A stretch of 64,000 nucleotides of DNA, taken from positions 3,907,525 through 3,971,524 of the forward strand of contig OZ243916.1 of NCBI GenBank assembly GCA_965213675.1, given 5' to 3'. Positions 42,420 through 51,575 of the stretch are shown here, piece after piece (within the stretch, counting starts at the first letter, position 1; every line of letters begins with the position of its first letter). Both the position numbers and the translations under genes were made by a program. This DNA comes from an uncultured Candidatus Binatia bacterium (GTDB lineage Bacteria > Desulfobacterota > Binatia > UBA9968 > JAJDTQ01). The notes beneath the pieces are model-generated. The model made no database searches and was not told where the DNA came from. It saw only the letters and a program-made list of their open reading frames with translations.

Positions 42420-44636
42420 TCACCTGTCCCGCAACGCGTTGAACACCTTCTCCGCGGTGATGGGCAGATCGAGAATGCGTATCCCCACCGCGGCCTCCAC
42501 CGCGTTGGCGATGGCCGGGGCCGTGGGCACGATGCTCATTTCCCCAATGGCCTTGGCGTTGTAGGGACCGGGGCCGGTCTGGTCCTCCACCAGCACGGTC
42601 TCGAGCTGCGGCAGGTCCTTCACGCACGGCACGCAATAGTCGCCGAGGTTGAGGGTGGTGACCCGCGGCCCGTCCTTGACCATCTCCTCCATGACCGCGT
42701 AGCCCAGCCCCTGCACGAAGCCGCCGTCGATCTGTCCCTGGTGGCCCAGGGGGTTGATGATCGTGCCGACGTCGTGGGCGGTCACCACTTTCTTCACGTC
42801 CACGACGCCGGTCTCCCGGTCCACCGCCACCTCTGCCATTTGCACGAAGAATGCCGGCACGGGCGAGCGCTCGGGCCGGTAGGACTTGTGCACCGACAGT
42901 GCCTTGTCTTCGGCGATGAGTTTTCCGGCCACGTCGGCGAAGGCCAGGGCCGCGCCGCTGGCGCTGAAGCGGCCGTCCGCCAGGGTCACCGCCTCGGGCC
43001 GGCAGCCGAGGGCCTGGGCGGCGGCCTCCGTCATCCGGTGGCGCAGCTCCTCCACCGCTTCCACCAGGCCGCGCCCCACCATGGCGGTGATCTTGCTGCC
43101 GCCGGGTTCAGCATCGGTGTCAAAGGTATCGGTGTCGCCGCGCGCCACCTGCACCCGGTCCGCCGGCAGCGCCAGCATCTCCGCGGTGATCTGGCGCAGC
43201 AAGGTATGCGTGCCGGTGCCGATGTCGGGGATGGCGGTGAGCACCGTGACCCCGCCGCTGGCGTCGCAGGTCAGCTCCAGGTTCACGGTGCCGCTGCCGC
43301 CGGTGTGGCGAAAGGAGAGGGCCATGCCCCGGCCGGTGTCCGGGCCGGCGGGAACGTCGTTCCAGCCCGCCGCCTCGAGCGCGGCCTCGATGGTTTCGCG
43401 GCAGCGGATCTTCTGCATGCCGCGCTTGTTGGGCAACGTGTCGCCGTCCTGCATCAGGTTCTTCAGCCGGAGCGCCACCGGGTCCATGTCGATTTTCCGC
43501 GCCAGCATGTCCAGCAGCGACTCGATGGCGAACACGGTCTGCGGCTGCCCCGGCGACTTCATGTAGCCGCCGGGCACGCTGTTGGTGTAGACGTTGCGCG
43601 TGCGGATGGCGTAGTGGGGGATACGGTAGGCATTGACGATGAACGTGCCGTCGATTTCCGAGGGCTTGAAGCCCGAGTAGGCGCCGCTGTCGAAGTCGAT
43701 GTCGCTGTCCAGGGCCACCAGGGCGCCGTCGCGCTTCGCCCCGAGCTTGACGCGCATCACCGAGCCGTGGCGCGGGTCGCCGGCCATCAACTCCTCGGTG
43801 TAGTTCATCACCATCTTCACCGGGCGCCCCGCGGCCTTGGCGAGGTAGTAACAGACCGGCACGTCCATCTGGGAGCCCTTGCCGCCGAAGTCTCCGCCCA
43901 GGGCCACGCCATGAACATGGATGTTCGCCTCTTCCAACGCCAGTTGCGCCGCCAGCATCTGCTTGAGCCGGAACGGCGCCTTGCACGACGCCCACACCTC
44001 GATGCGCCCGTCGTCCGCCGCCGACACCACCGTGGCGTGGGGCTCCAGGTAGACCTGGTGCACCCCCGGCGTGCGAAAGGTGTGCTCCACGACCACCTCC
44101 GCCTCCGCCATCCCCCGCGCCGCGTCGCCGGCTGTGTGCTCTTTGAGAGAAAGCGCGTTGGGCCGTTCTTCCGGCCGGCCGGGAACGCCCGCATAGTCCG
44201 CCAGCTCCTCGTGGATCACCGGAGCCCCGTCGGCGAGAGCCTCCTCAATGTCCGCCGCCGCGGGCAACTCTTCGTATTCCACCTTGATGAGCCCCAGCGC
44301 TTCCTCCGCCGCGTCGAGGGTGTCCGCGGCCACCGCCGCGATCTTGTCGCCGATGAAGCGTACTTTGTCCCGCGCCAGCACCGGCAGATCCTGCAGGCTC
44401 ACGCCCACGCGGAAATCCGGCACGTCCGCCCCCGTCAGCACCGCCCGCACCCCCGGCACCTGCCGCGCCCGCGATGCGTCCACCCGCACTAGCCGTGCAT
44501 GCGCCAGCGTGCTGCGCAAGCACTTGCCCCACAGCGCTTCCGGCACGTCCACGTCCGCCGTGTACACCATCCGCCCGGAAACCTTGTCCGGACCCTCTAC
44601 GCGCCCTACCGGTTGCCCTACGACCTTGAGATCCAT
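42420..44636 (-). CDS. xanthine dehydrogenase family molybdopterin-binding subunit
   Basis: DKVSG..YTAD, HQVYLEPH, GGDFGGK, DIGTG, GQIDGGFVQGLG, AKAIGE, LPIT. Confidence 0.92.
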   Translation of the reverse strand: MDLKVVGQPVGRVEGPDKVSGRMVYTADVDVPEALWGKCLRSTLAHARLVRVDASRARQVPGVRAVLTGADVPDFRVGVSLQDLPVLARDKVRFIGDKIAAVAADTLDAAEEALGLIKVEYEELPAAADIEEALADGAPVIHEELADYAGVPGRPEERPNALSLKEHTAGDAARGMAEAEVVVEHTFRTPGVHQVYLEPHATVVSAADDGRIEVWASCKAPFRLKQMLAAQLALEEANIHVHGVALGGDFGGKGSQMDVPVCYYLAKAAGRPVKMVMNYTEELMAGDPRHGSVMRVKLGAKRDGALVALDSDIDFDSGAYSGFKPSEIDGTFIVNAYRIPHYAIRTRNVYTNSVPGGYMKSPGQPQTVFAIESLLDMLARKIDMDPVALRLKNLMQDGDTLPNKRGMQKIRCRETIEAALEAAGWNDVPAGPDTGRGMALSFRHTGGSGTVNLELTCDASGGVTVLTAIPDIGTGTHTLLRQITAEMLALPADRVQVARGDTDTFDTDAEPGGSKITAMVGRGLVEAVEELRHRMTEAAAQALGCRPEAVTLADGRFSASGAALAFADVAGKLIAEDKALSVHKSYRPERSPVPAFFVQMAEVAVDRETGVVDVKKVVTAHDVGTIINPLGHQGQIDGGFVQGLGYAVMEEMVKDGPRVTTLNLGDYCVPCVKDLPQLETVLVEDQTGPGPYNAKAIGEMSIVPTAPAIANAVEAAVGIRILDLPITAEKVFNALRDR

Positions 44637-44715
44637 GATTGCTCCTGTGCCTGGTGTCTATGGCGCCGGAAACGGGCAGGCGAGTCCGGCTGAAGTGGGT
44701 GGCCGATCCAGAGGA

Positions 44716-44973
44716 TCACGCGCGGCGATGTGTCGCGACCCAATCCTGAAGCGCTTGGTCGATCCGCGTCTGCCATCCAGGACCGTCCGCCTTGAAATGG
44801 TCGAGGACATTCGCCGACAATCGGATCGTGATCGCCGTTTTGGGTCGCGCTACCGGCGGTCGCCCGCGGCGCACCGTGGCCCTTGCGAACTTCTCCGGCC
44901 ACCCGTCGCGGGACAGATCCGGTGCGGAATCCGGGTCAAAATCGCGGGTAGTAGAGTTCTCTTTCCCGTTCAT
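44716..44973 (-). CDS. brnA: BrnA antitoxin
   Basis: DPDSAPDL, RGRPP..PKTAITIRLS..VLDHFKADGPGWQTRIDQAL. Confidence 0.9.
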   Translation of the reverse strand: MNGKENSTTRDFDPDSAPDLSRDGWPEKFARATVRRGRPPVARPKTAITIRLSANVLDHFKADGPGWQTRIDQALQDWVATHRRA

Positions 44974-45203
44974 TGGCTTTCCTCATGCTGATGATCCGAC
45001 GGGCATCGCCACGGAGTGTCCAGACAACCACCACCATCTCACTGTCAAGAAAGCCGACGGTGATAAAACGGTGCTCACCATAGTCCCGCCGGTCGTCTTC
45101 AACCGTCAACGTCGACCCCGCGAACACGTCCCCGGCTCGGGCCATATCCAGCCCCCTGGCCCTGAGCGTGACGGCGCGTTTAACTTCGTCGAACTCAATC
45201 CAT
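44936..45203 (-). pseudogene. brnT: BrnT toxin, start codon out of frame
   Basis: IEFDEVKRAVTLRARGLDM..DDRRDYGEHRFITVG..RRIISMRKANERE; ATG at 45203 is offset by 1 nt; palindrome tacgtacgta at 45210-45219. Confidence 0.8.
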
Positions 45204-45317
45204 CCCGTTTACGTACGTACATTAATTGGGTTCGTCAAGAACACTCGCCATCCTTCGTCCCAAGGCAGTACGCCGTATCCGCTTGGGACTCCCGGGCGTT
45301 CCGACCGCATCTTGCCG

Positions 45318-45956
45318 TCACCAGACTTCCGGCAAAGTTCGCCAATCCGACGGTGCCGACCAATTCATGAAACGCACCGCTCCCTTTGACAGGTCAAACC
45401 GATCATTCATTCTACGGACGACTTCATCAAGTATGGCGCCGAGCGCGGCCACATCCGCCCTGTTGTAGAGAATCAATTTTCGCAGTGCCTCACGGTCTCC
45501 TCGGAGGTGCCTTTGCCATAGCTTGATAGCCGTAACTCCGTTGAATCTGATTGACTCGTCCCGGACGTCGATTCCCGTGGCTCTTTCGATTTCCTTCTGA
45601 GTGCCGTGGAGCCCAAGAGCATGGCAAATATACATGAGGTCGAGGTGAACCCTTGGAAAAACGATGCCCGGAAAATCTCGTGCGATGAACTTGGCATCGA
45701 AGCGAATCCCATTGAAGGTCACCAGGAACTTCGCGTGCCTGAAGTCCCTGTGAAGCAAGTAGGCGTTCGCCCCTCTTATCATGGTTTTCGTGCAACCGCC
45801 GAAGGACCATCCGATGACGGTGATGTCGTCGAAATGTGGACTCAACCCCGTGGTCTCGATATCAAGAAAAAGACCTCTCTCTGGACAGTGAAGGCACTCC
45901 TCGAGTCGAGCCTTCAACTTCTTCAGGTTCATGCGCGGAACCGTGAATCGACGCAT
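45318..45956 (-). CDS. YprB-like RNase H-fold/DEDD exonuclease domain protein
   Basis: FLDIETTGLS, VTFNGIRFD, HLDL, YNRADV. Confidence 0.82.
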   Translation of the reverse strand: MRRFTVPRMNLKKLKARLEECLHCPERGLFLDIETTGLSPHFDDITVIGWSFGGCTKTMIRGANAYLLHRDFRHAKFLVTFNGIRFDAKFIARDFPGIVFPRVHLDLMYICHALGLHGTQKEIERATGIDVRDESIRFNGVTAIKLWQRHLRGDREALRKLILYNRADVAALGAILDEVVRRMNDRFDLSKGAVRFMNWSAPSDWRTLPEVW

Positions 45957-46015
45957 TTCTGAGGTGGTCCCGATTTTTTCTTGTCCCGCGCCGGTGGGGT
46001 TGCTATGATCGCACC

Positions 46016-46081
46016 ATCGCCGAGGCTATCGCCTTCAACACCCATCGCTTCGTCAAGCGTCTGACCGAGAGCGGCTTCACC
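46016..46081 (+). pseudogene. N-terminal scrap of a DUF1640/CCDC90-like protein
   Basis: AEAIAFNTHRFVKRLTESGFT. Confidence 0.5.
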
Positions 46082-46115
46082 GGTGGCGCTGTGAGTACGA
46101 CGCTTGTTTGGTGAG

Positions 46116-46628
46116 ATGAAGGACACTCTCAAGATCATCCTCACTCTTGTCATCGCGGCCGCCGTTGTCATCGCCCCAGCCGTAACCGTCATCTGGTTCG
46201 CGCTAATACTTCTTCTGTGGGAACTAGTTGGGCGGTGGGCGGCACCGCCGCAATACCGTGACATGGCAGGTCACCGCAAACGCAACCAGACCCGCGCGCG
46301 ACCAAGACGAACGGTAGTTGTGACCATTGGTGTTCGTGGTCAGGAAAAACGCAACCAAACCCAAGACGCGCAAGGTAACCGGCAAACGGGACGCAGTAGG
46401 GAGAACGGTGCCGAAGTCGCGGCCCAGCCGTCGAGGAATCGGACATGGCGTGAAGTTCTGGGATTCAAGGAGGGCGAGAAGCCCACCATGATGCAGGTGA
46501 ACTCCGCGTGGCGTCGCCTGGCAAAGTCAGCCCATCCCGACGTTGGCGGGACCGATTCGCAGATGGCGGAATTGAATGCGGCGTTGGACGAGGCAGGAAG
46601 GGTACTGCAACATAAGCGACCGTCCTAG
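46116..46628 (+). CDS. membrane-anchored J-domain protein
   Basis: N-terminal hydrophobic segment; WREVLG..AWRRLAKSAHPDVGG..MAELNAA. Confidence 0.78.
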   Translation: MKDTLKIILTLVIAAAVVIAPAVTVIWFALILLLWELVGRWAAPPQYRDMAGHRKRNQTRARPRRTVVVTIGVRGQEKRNQTQDAQGNRQTGRSRENGAEVAAQPSRNRTWREVLGFKEGEKPTMMQVNSAWRRLAKSAHPDVGGTDSQMAELNAALDEAGRVLQHKRPS

Positions 46629-46789
46629 TGTGGTGTCTGGTTAATTCGGGTCATAATCTGCGGAGGATTTTTAGTTGTCGGCAAGGCGCGATGACGAGCA
46701 GTGGCGTGTACCACGCGAGGAAGAGCAACGCAGCCGACGGCGAAAAAGACCCGCAGATTATGACCCGATTTAACCAGACACCACACTAG
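46625..46789. mobile_element. 165-bp MITE copy 2 (inverted relative to copy 1)
   Basis: CTAG at both ends, full TIRs, interior colinear with the reverse complement of 1706-1870. Confidence 0.88.
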
Positions 46790-46790
46790 G

Positions 46791-46912
46791 CAGATCCGGC
46801 GCGCCATCCGGGTCAAAATCGCGGATAGTAGAACTCCCTTTCGCGTTCATTGGCCTGCCTCATGCTGATGATCCGACGGGCATCGCCACGAGGCGTCCAG
46901 ACGACCACCGCC
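46791..46912 (-). pseudogene. second brnT/brnA junction fragment
   Basis: Diverged direct repeat of ~44914-45035 (VVVWTPRGDARRIISMRQANERE). Confidence 0.8.
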
Positions 46913-46983
46913 AATTCTTCCCTCTTGTCAGCGATGGCGGCATGCATAATCAAGTCTCCCAGGCAGGAGAAGGCCGACGGATT

Positions 46984-47239
46984 CTATTCGATGGCTGAAG
47001 TAGGGCAGGGAGCGAATCTGGAGACGAAGTGTACTTCGTCGATGGCGCTGACCTGTTTTATGAGAAAGGACCGGGGTTGAATCGCCGAAATCCTTCCCGG
47101 AGAGCGTCGTCGAAACTTGAGAAGAAGCCGATGACATCCTCCCCCTGAATCAAGGTGTACTGTCCATGGTGTTCCTGAACGCGGTCGTGATTCGCCATAA
47201 GCTTCCGATATCTTGTGCCATTTCTATTTCCAGCGCCAT
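46984..47239 (-). pseudogene. small DUF5678-like protein with two frameshifts
   Basis: MALEIEMA / YRKL..HHGQYTLIQGEDVIGFFSSFDDALREGFRRF / FLIKQV. Confidence 0.5.
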
Positions 47240-47532
47240 GATCGCACCCCCTGCAGTGGCGCTCCCGTCCTCGGACCCATTTTACGGATGACCCTCTTGC
47301 CCTGCCACGAAACCGTAGTTTCGCTGTTCGTCCAGGAGAAGGTAAGGCCCAGAGTTTTCCATTGAGAGGGAGTTGAAGCCGGCGTTTGGGGGAGGGTCGG
47401 GGCTTGATGTGCCCCGGCTTGCGGACAGTCAGGCGGGGCCTGGACCCGGCGCGGGCATCACACGGGTGTGCGAGCGAATGGAGACAGTGCGCCGCGCCGG
47501 GTCCGGGAGGTTTGTTCGGGAGGGCTGGAAGT

Positions 47533-48882
47533 CTAGTGGCCCTTGGTCTTGGTGGAGACGCCGACGAAGGCCACCTTGGTGGGTTTGCCGGCGACGTTCC
47601 AGCTTTCGACGACCTTGAGGTTCTGGCTATCCAGTTGCAGCACCTTGCCGCCCACGGAGTCGGTGATGAAGACGGCTCCGGGAATGGTCACGACGTGGGG
47701 GCGCGCCCAGAAGCCTGCCTCCACCGGAGTGGCCAGGACATCGCGCGCGGACGCCAGCAGGTCGAGCTTGTGGGCATCGTACATGCGTAGCTCGCCATCG
47801 CTCATCACCACCAGCAGCGCCTTGCCGTCGTGACTCACCGCGGCGTTGATGGGTTTCATGGCGTCCGAGGCGGGGATCAACTGCTTCATGGCGCCTGCCT
47901 TGGGGTCCACGACGTACAGGCCCACCGCGGAGCCGAGAGCGAAGAAGCGGTCCATGCCGGGATAACCCCAGACCGTGGTCAAACGAAAGTCTTCGGGTTC
48001 GCCTTCCGGCGCGGAGATGAACGCCCCTTCGTACTTTCCGTGGTCCGCCTTCACGACCAGGACGCCGCCGCGGCAACCGAAGGCCGCGACATGGCCGTTC
48101 CCTGCGTCGCCGTGCAGATCCTTGCAGCCTTCCTGGCTATGCAGCACCTTGCCCGACAGATCCACGATCTTGGCGCCGATGGGCAGACGGTAGTCCTTGG
48201 GGTTGGCAGCAAAGTCGGGGTGTTGGATGCTGAGCGCGAACAGGTCATGGGCCAGCGGCACCGCCGCGCCGTGGTGGGCGCCGGCGTTGAGCTTGGGCGG
48301 CTTGTGCCGAGCGCCGTTCTTTTCCAGTTCTTGCTCGTTGAGCAGCACGACGTCACCGGAGCCGTCGTAATAGATGGCGGCCCACTTGCCGGCGACATAC
48401 AGGTGCACTGGGCGGTCGCCGCTCAGGTCCAGGTCCAGGCGCTTGAGCGGCCCGGCCACCAGGTCGTAGTGGTCACCGTGCTTTTCCAGGTAGATGCCGC
48501 CGTCGAAGACATGCACGTTGTTGGCATCGCTGGACACCGCGACGGCGAAGCGCCCGTTCTTGGTGGGGTAGATGCGCCCGGCCCGGGAGCCCATGTCGAA
48601 GGCGTCCTGTTCCACGCCGCCGGCCTTCAGGTCGATGACCGACATCTTACTGCTCTCGCCGTCGCCCACGAGCAGCCGGCCCGTGATGGGTGTCCGCTTC
48701 GCGGCAGGAGTGGCTTGGGTCGCCGCAGCCGCGGTGCTGGCGGCGGTCACGGAGCGCTCCGCGGGCGCAGCGGCGGAAGAGGACGGATCCGGTTCCGGAG
48801 CCGCTGTGGCCGGGTTCGCGGTGAGCAACAGGGCTACTGCAACAAACAGGATGACAAGGGGATTCCAGTTGCGGATTCGCAT
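47533..48882 (-). CDS. secreted beta-propeller metal-binding protein, AztD-like metallochaperone
   Basis: Signal peptide, Ala-rich linker, DGGIYLEKHGDH, RPVH, AHHGAAVP, CKDLHG. Confidence 0.75.
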   Translation of the reverse strand: MRIRNWNPLVILFVAVALLLTANPATAAPEPDPSSSAAAPAERSVTAASTAAAATQATPAAKRTPITGRLLVGDGESSKMSVIDLKAGGVEQDAFDMGSRAGRIYPTKNGRFAVAVSSDANNVHVFDGGIYLEKHGDHYDLVAGPLKRLDLDLSGDRPVHLYVAGKWAAIYYDGSGDVVLLNEQELEKNGARHKPPKLNAGAHHGAAVPLAHDLFALSIQHPDFAANPKDYRLPIGAKIVDLSGKVLHSQEGCKDLHGDAGNGHVAAFGCRGGVLVVKADHGKYEGAFISAPEGEPEDFRLTTVWGYPGMDRFFALGSAVGLYVVDPKAGAMKQLIPASDAMKPINAAVSHDGKALLVVMSDGELRMYDAHKLDLLASARDVLATPVEAGFWARPHVVTIPGAVFITDSVGGKVLQLDSQNLKVVESWNVAGKPTKVAFVGVSTKTKGH

Positions 48883-48914
48883 GGGTGCGTGTGTTCCTTT
48901 CGAGTAGAATTGCC

Positions 48915-48954
48915 GATAATGATTTAGCTTTATCATATTATAAACTGTTGTCAA
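48915..48954 (-). promoter_or_regulatory. TTGACA promoter overlapped by a Fur/Zur-like box
   Basis: gataatgatttagctttatc at 48915-48934; -35 TTGACA at 48954-48949; AT-rich island. Confidence 0.5.
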
Positions 48955-49001
48955 GATCTCGTCCCGTTTCCGCAAAATCCTGAGTTGCAGCGAACTCGTG
49001 C

Positions 49002-49030
49002 TTGCCGGTCACGGCCGGCAGTTGTAGAGT
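49002..49030 (+). promoter_or_regulatory. sigma70-type promoter of the repeat-peptide gene
   Basis: TTGCCG-17bp-TAGAGT; inverted repeat gagtt-N6-aactc at 48982-48997 just upstream. Confidence 0.5.
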
Positions 49031-49056
49031 TGTTTCCTGAAGAAAGGAGGGTCCCA

Positions 49057-49218
49057 ATGAAGGAAGCCCGATGGATGCTGTTCGCTATCGCTTTGGGAGT
49101 GGTGGCCTTGGCCGGGAGCCTTTCCGGCTCGGAAGTGCTTTGGCCGCAGGTTGCTGGCGCCGAGATCCCGTGGCCGATGATGGCGGGTGCGGAGATCCCG
49201 TGGCCGATGGTCGCCTGA
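49057..49218 (+). CDS. 53-aa secreted peptide with three tandem 10-aa cassettes
   Basis: AAAGGAGG RBS; MKEARWMLFAIALGVVALAGSL-SGSEVLWPQV-AGAEIPWPMM-AGAEIPWPMV-A; synonymous differences between repeats. Confidence 0.8.
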   Translation: MKEARWMLFAIALGVVALAGSLSGSEVLWPQVAGAEIPWPMMAGAEIPWPMVA

Positions 49219-49370
49219 GCCGGGATGCCCCGCCTTTGTTCATCGACGAGCTGGCCTGAAGCCATCAAGGTTCGCCCTTGGGCGGGCTTGGAGACATCGA
49301 CGCAATGACGCGGGCCGGGCTTTGCCCGGCCTGCTGACATCAAGGTGTACGGACGCAGGAGGATTTGTCC

Positions 49371-51071
49371 ATGGAATATGATCTGCTGGTACGCGGCGGG
49401 CGCGTGGCCGATGGTTCGGGGCTGCCGTCCCATACGGCGGACGTGGGCGTGAAGGATGGCAAGATCGCAGCGGTGGGGCGCCTTAACGGTTCGGCCAGCC
49501 GCACCATCGATGCGGCCGGGCTGGTGGTGTCGCCGGGGTTCATCGACCACCACACCCACATGGACGCGCAGATCCTGTGGGACCCCTACGGCACCTCCGA
49601 GCCGCAGCACGGCATCACCTCCATCGTCATGGGCAACTGCGGGCTGGCGCTGGCGCCGGTGAGCGACGGCGGCGAGGACGCCCTGGTGAAGAGCTTCGTG
49701 CGGGTGGAGGCGATCCCGCGTTCCGCCCTGGAGAAGGGCGTGACCTGGGGCTGGCACAGCTACGGCGAGTACCTGGATGCCCTGGAGGGCCGGCTCGGCA
49801 TCAACGCCGGCGGTCTGGTGGGGCACATCGCGGTGCGCCAGAACGTCATGGGCGAGGAGTCGGTGGAACGCAAGGCCACCGCCGCCGAGGTGCAGACCAT
49901 GAAGCGCCTCGTGCGGGGCGCCATGGACGCGGGCGCGCTGGGGTTCTCCACCAACCGCAATGAGCGCCACATGCGCGAGGACGGCAAGCCCGTGGCCAGC
50001 CGGCTGGCGGACAACGAAGAACTCTACGCCCTGTGCGACGTGCTCGGCGAGATGAACAGCGGCATCATCGAGACCATTCTCGGCCGCAACAAGCTGGAGC
50101 ACTTCGACATCTATCACGACCTGGCCAGCCGGACCCAGCGGCCCATCATCTGGCAGAGCGTGCATCACCGCTGGGCCGAGCCCACGCTGTGGCAGGAGCA
50201 ACTGGACGCGGTGTCGCGCATCTTCCAGGACGGCTACCGCGCCTACGGCTTGACCCAGACCGTGCCGCTGGTACGGCATTTCAACCTGCAGAACGCGCAG
50301 CTCTTCGACGAGTTTCCCACCTGGAAGAACATCATGTTCCTGCCGGTGGAGGTGCGCCAGCAGGCCTTTGCCGATCCGGCCACCCGCGTGAAGCTGCGCG
50401 AGGACCTGAACACCACGCGTATGACCAACTTCCACCGGCGCTGGGACATCGTGCAGGTGGAGAAGGTCGTCAAGGAAGAGAACAAACGCTACGAGGGCAA
50501 GAGCGTGGCGGACATGGCGGCCATGCGCAATCAGGATCCCGTGGATGCGTTCCTGGACCTGTCGCTGGACGAGGGGCTGCTCACCACCTTTCAGAACGCC
50601 AACACCGGCGGCGATGCGCAGGCCATGGGCGAGATCCTGCGCAGCCCCTACGTGCTGGTGGGCACCTCGGACGCCGGAGCCCATGTGATGTACGGCGCCG
50701 ACTTCGGCTACGGCACCACGCTGCTGGGCCTGTGGGTGCGGGAGCGTGGCCTGATGACGCTGGAGGAGGCCGTGCACAAGCTCACTTTCCACGTGGCCTC
50801 GGTCTACGGCCTGGAAGGCCGGGGACTCATCCGGCCGGGCTACGCCGCGGACCTCACCCTGTTCGATCCCGACACGGTGCGCGCCTACGAGCCCGAATGG
50901 GCGGAGGACTACCCGGCCGGCACCAAGCGCCTGATCCAGCGTTCCGACGGCATCCACTACACCATCGTGAACGGCGGCGTGATCTACGAGGATGGCCGCC
51001 TGAGCGGCGACCTGCCGGGCCAGGTGCTGCGCGGCTCCGGCTACGCGCCCAGCTCGGCCGCGGCGGCTTAG
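49371..51071 (+). CDS. amidohydrolase, N-acyl-D-amino-acid deacylase family
   Basis: YDLLVRGGRVADG, PGFIDHHTH, MGNCG, SDAGAH, GYAADLTLFD. Confidence 0.9.
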   Translation: MEYDLLVRGGRVADGSGLPSHTADVGVKDGKIAAVGRLNGSASRTIDAAGLVVSPGFIDHHTHMDAQILWDPYGTSEPQHGITSIVMGNCGLALAPVSDGGEDALVKSFVRVEAIPRSALEKGVTWGWHSYGEYLDALEGRLGINAGGLVGHIAVRQNVMGEESVERKATAAEVQTMKRLVRGAMDAGALGFSTNRNERHMREDGKPVASRLADNEELYALCDVLGEMNSGIIETILGRNKLEHFDIYHDLASRTQRPIIWQSVHHRWAEPTLWQEQLDAVSRIFQDGYRAYGLTQTVPLVRHFNLQNAQLFDEFPTWKNIMFLPVEVRQQAFADPATRVKLREDLNTTRMTNFHRRWDIVQVEKVVKEENKRYEGKSVADMAAMRNQDPVDAFLDLSLDEGLLTTFQNANTGGDAQAMGEILRSPYVLVGTSDAGAHVMYGADFGYGTTLLGLWVRERGLMTLEEAVHKLTFHVASVYGLEGRGLIRPGYAADLTLFDPDTVRAYEPEWAEDYPAGTKRLIQRSDGIHYTIVNGGVIYEDGRLSGDLPGQVLRGSGYAPSSAAAA

Positions 51072-51257
51072 GGGCTTTGGGGAGTGCGCGTCCTGCGCGT
51101 CGCTCCGTTGGTGCGGAGCCACGCGCAGGACGAACGGGAAAAGCTCCGGCAGGGCCGTTCCCTGACCCGGTTCCTGATGCAGTTCGGATCTCGTGCAGGG
51201 CGGCCGGCCGGTCGCCCTTGCGCGCTCCATGGCAGGGAATCAAATCGGAGGAAGAGC

Positions 51258-51575
51258 GTGGGAGTGACCTACATACCGGTGGCGCGCGCGGACGAACTGG
51301 AGCCGGGCGAGCGCAAGGCGGTGGAGTTGAACGGGCGTGCCCTCGTGGTGACGCGGCTGGACAACGACTACTTCGCGTTTTCGCGCTACTGTCCACACGA
51401 GAGCGCGGACCTGATGAACGGCCCCATCCTCGCGGGCAAGGTCCGCTGCGACAACCATGGCTATTGTTTCGACCTCGACTCCGGGGAGTGTGTGCTGCCC
51501 AAGGGCGGCGATCCGCTGACCGTGCTGCCGGTGGAGAAACGCGGAGAGGAACTCTGCATCCGCATCGAGTGGTAG
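51258..51575 (+). CDS. Rieske [2Fe-2S] ferredoxin
   Basis: CPH...CDNH, FDLDSG. Confidence 0.9.
   Translation: MGVTYIPVARADELEPGERKAVELNGRALVVTRLDNDYFAFSRYCPHESADLMNGPILAGKVRCDNHGYCFDLDSGECVLPKGGDPLTVLPVEKRGEELCIRIEW

Noticed and set aside
42420-44636. CO dehydrogenase CoxL
   Set aside because: Active-site loop reads GYMKSPG, not AYxCSFR or AYRGAGR; left as generic XDH family.
44700-47350. Integron cassette array
   Set aside because: No integron integrase, mixed gene orientations and no repeated attC-like sites that I could identify.
49123-49212. 30-bp tandem repeat as CRISPR or simple VNTR
   Set aside because: No spacers or cas genes; in frame, with mostly synonymous variation, so treated as a coding repeat.
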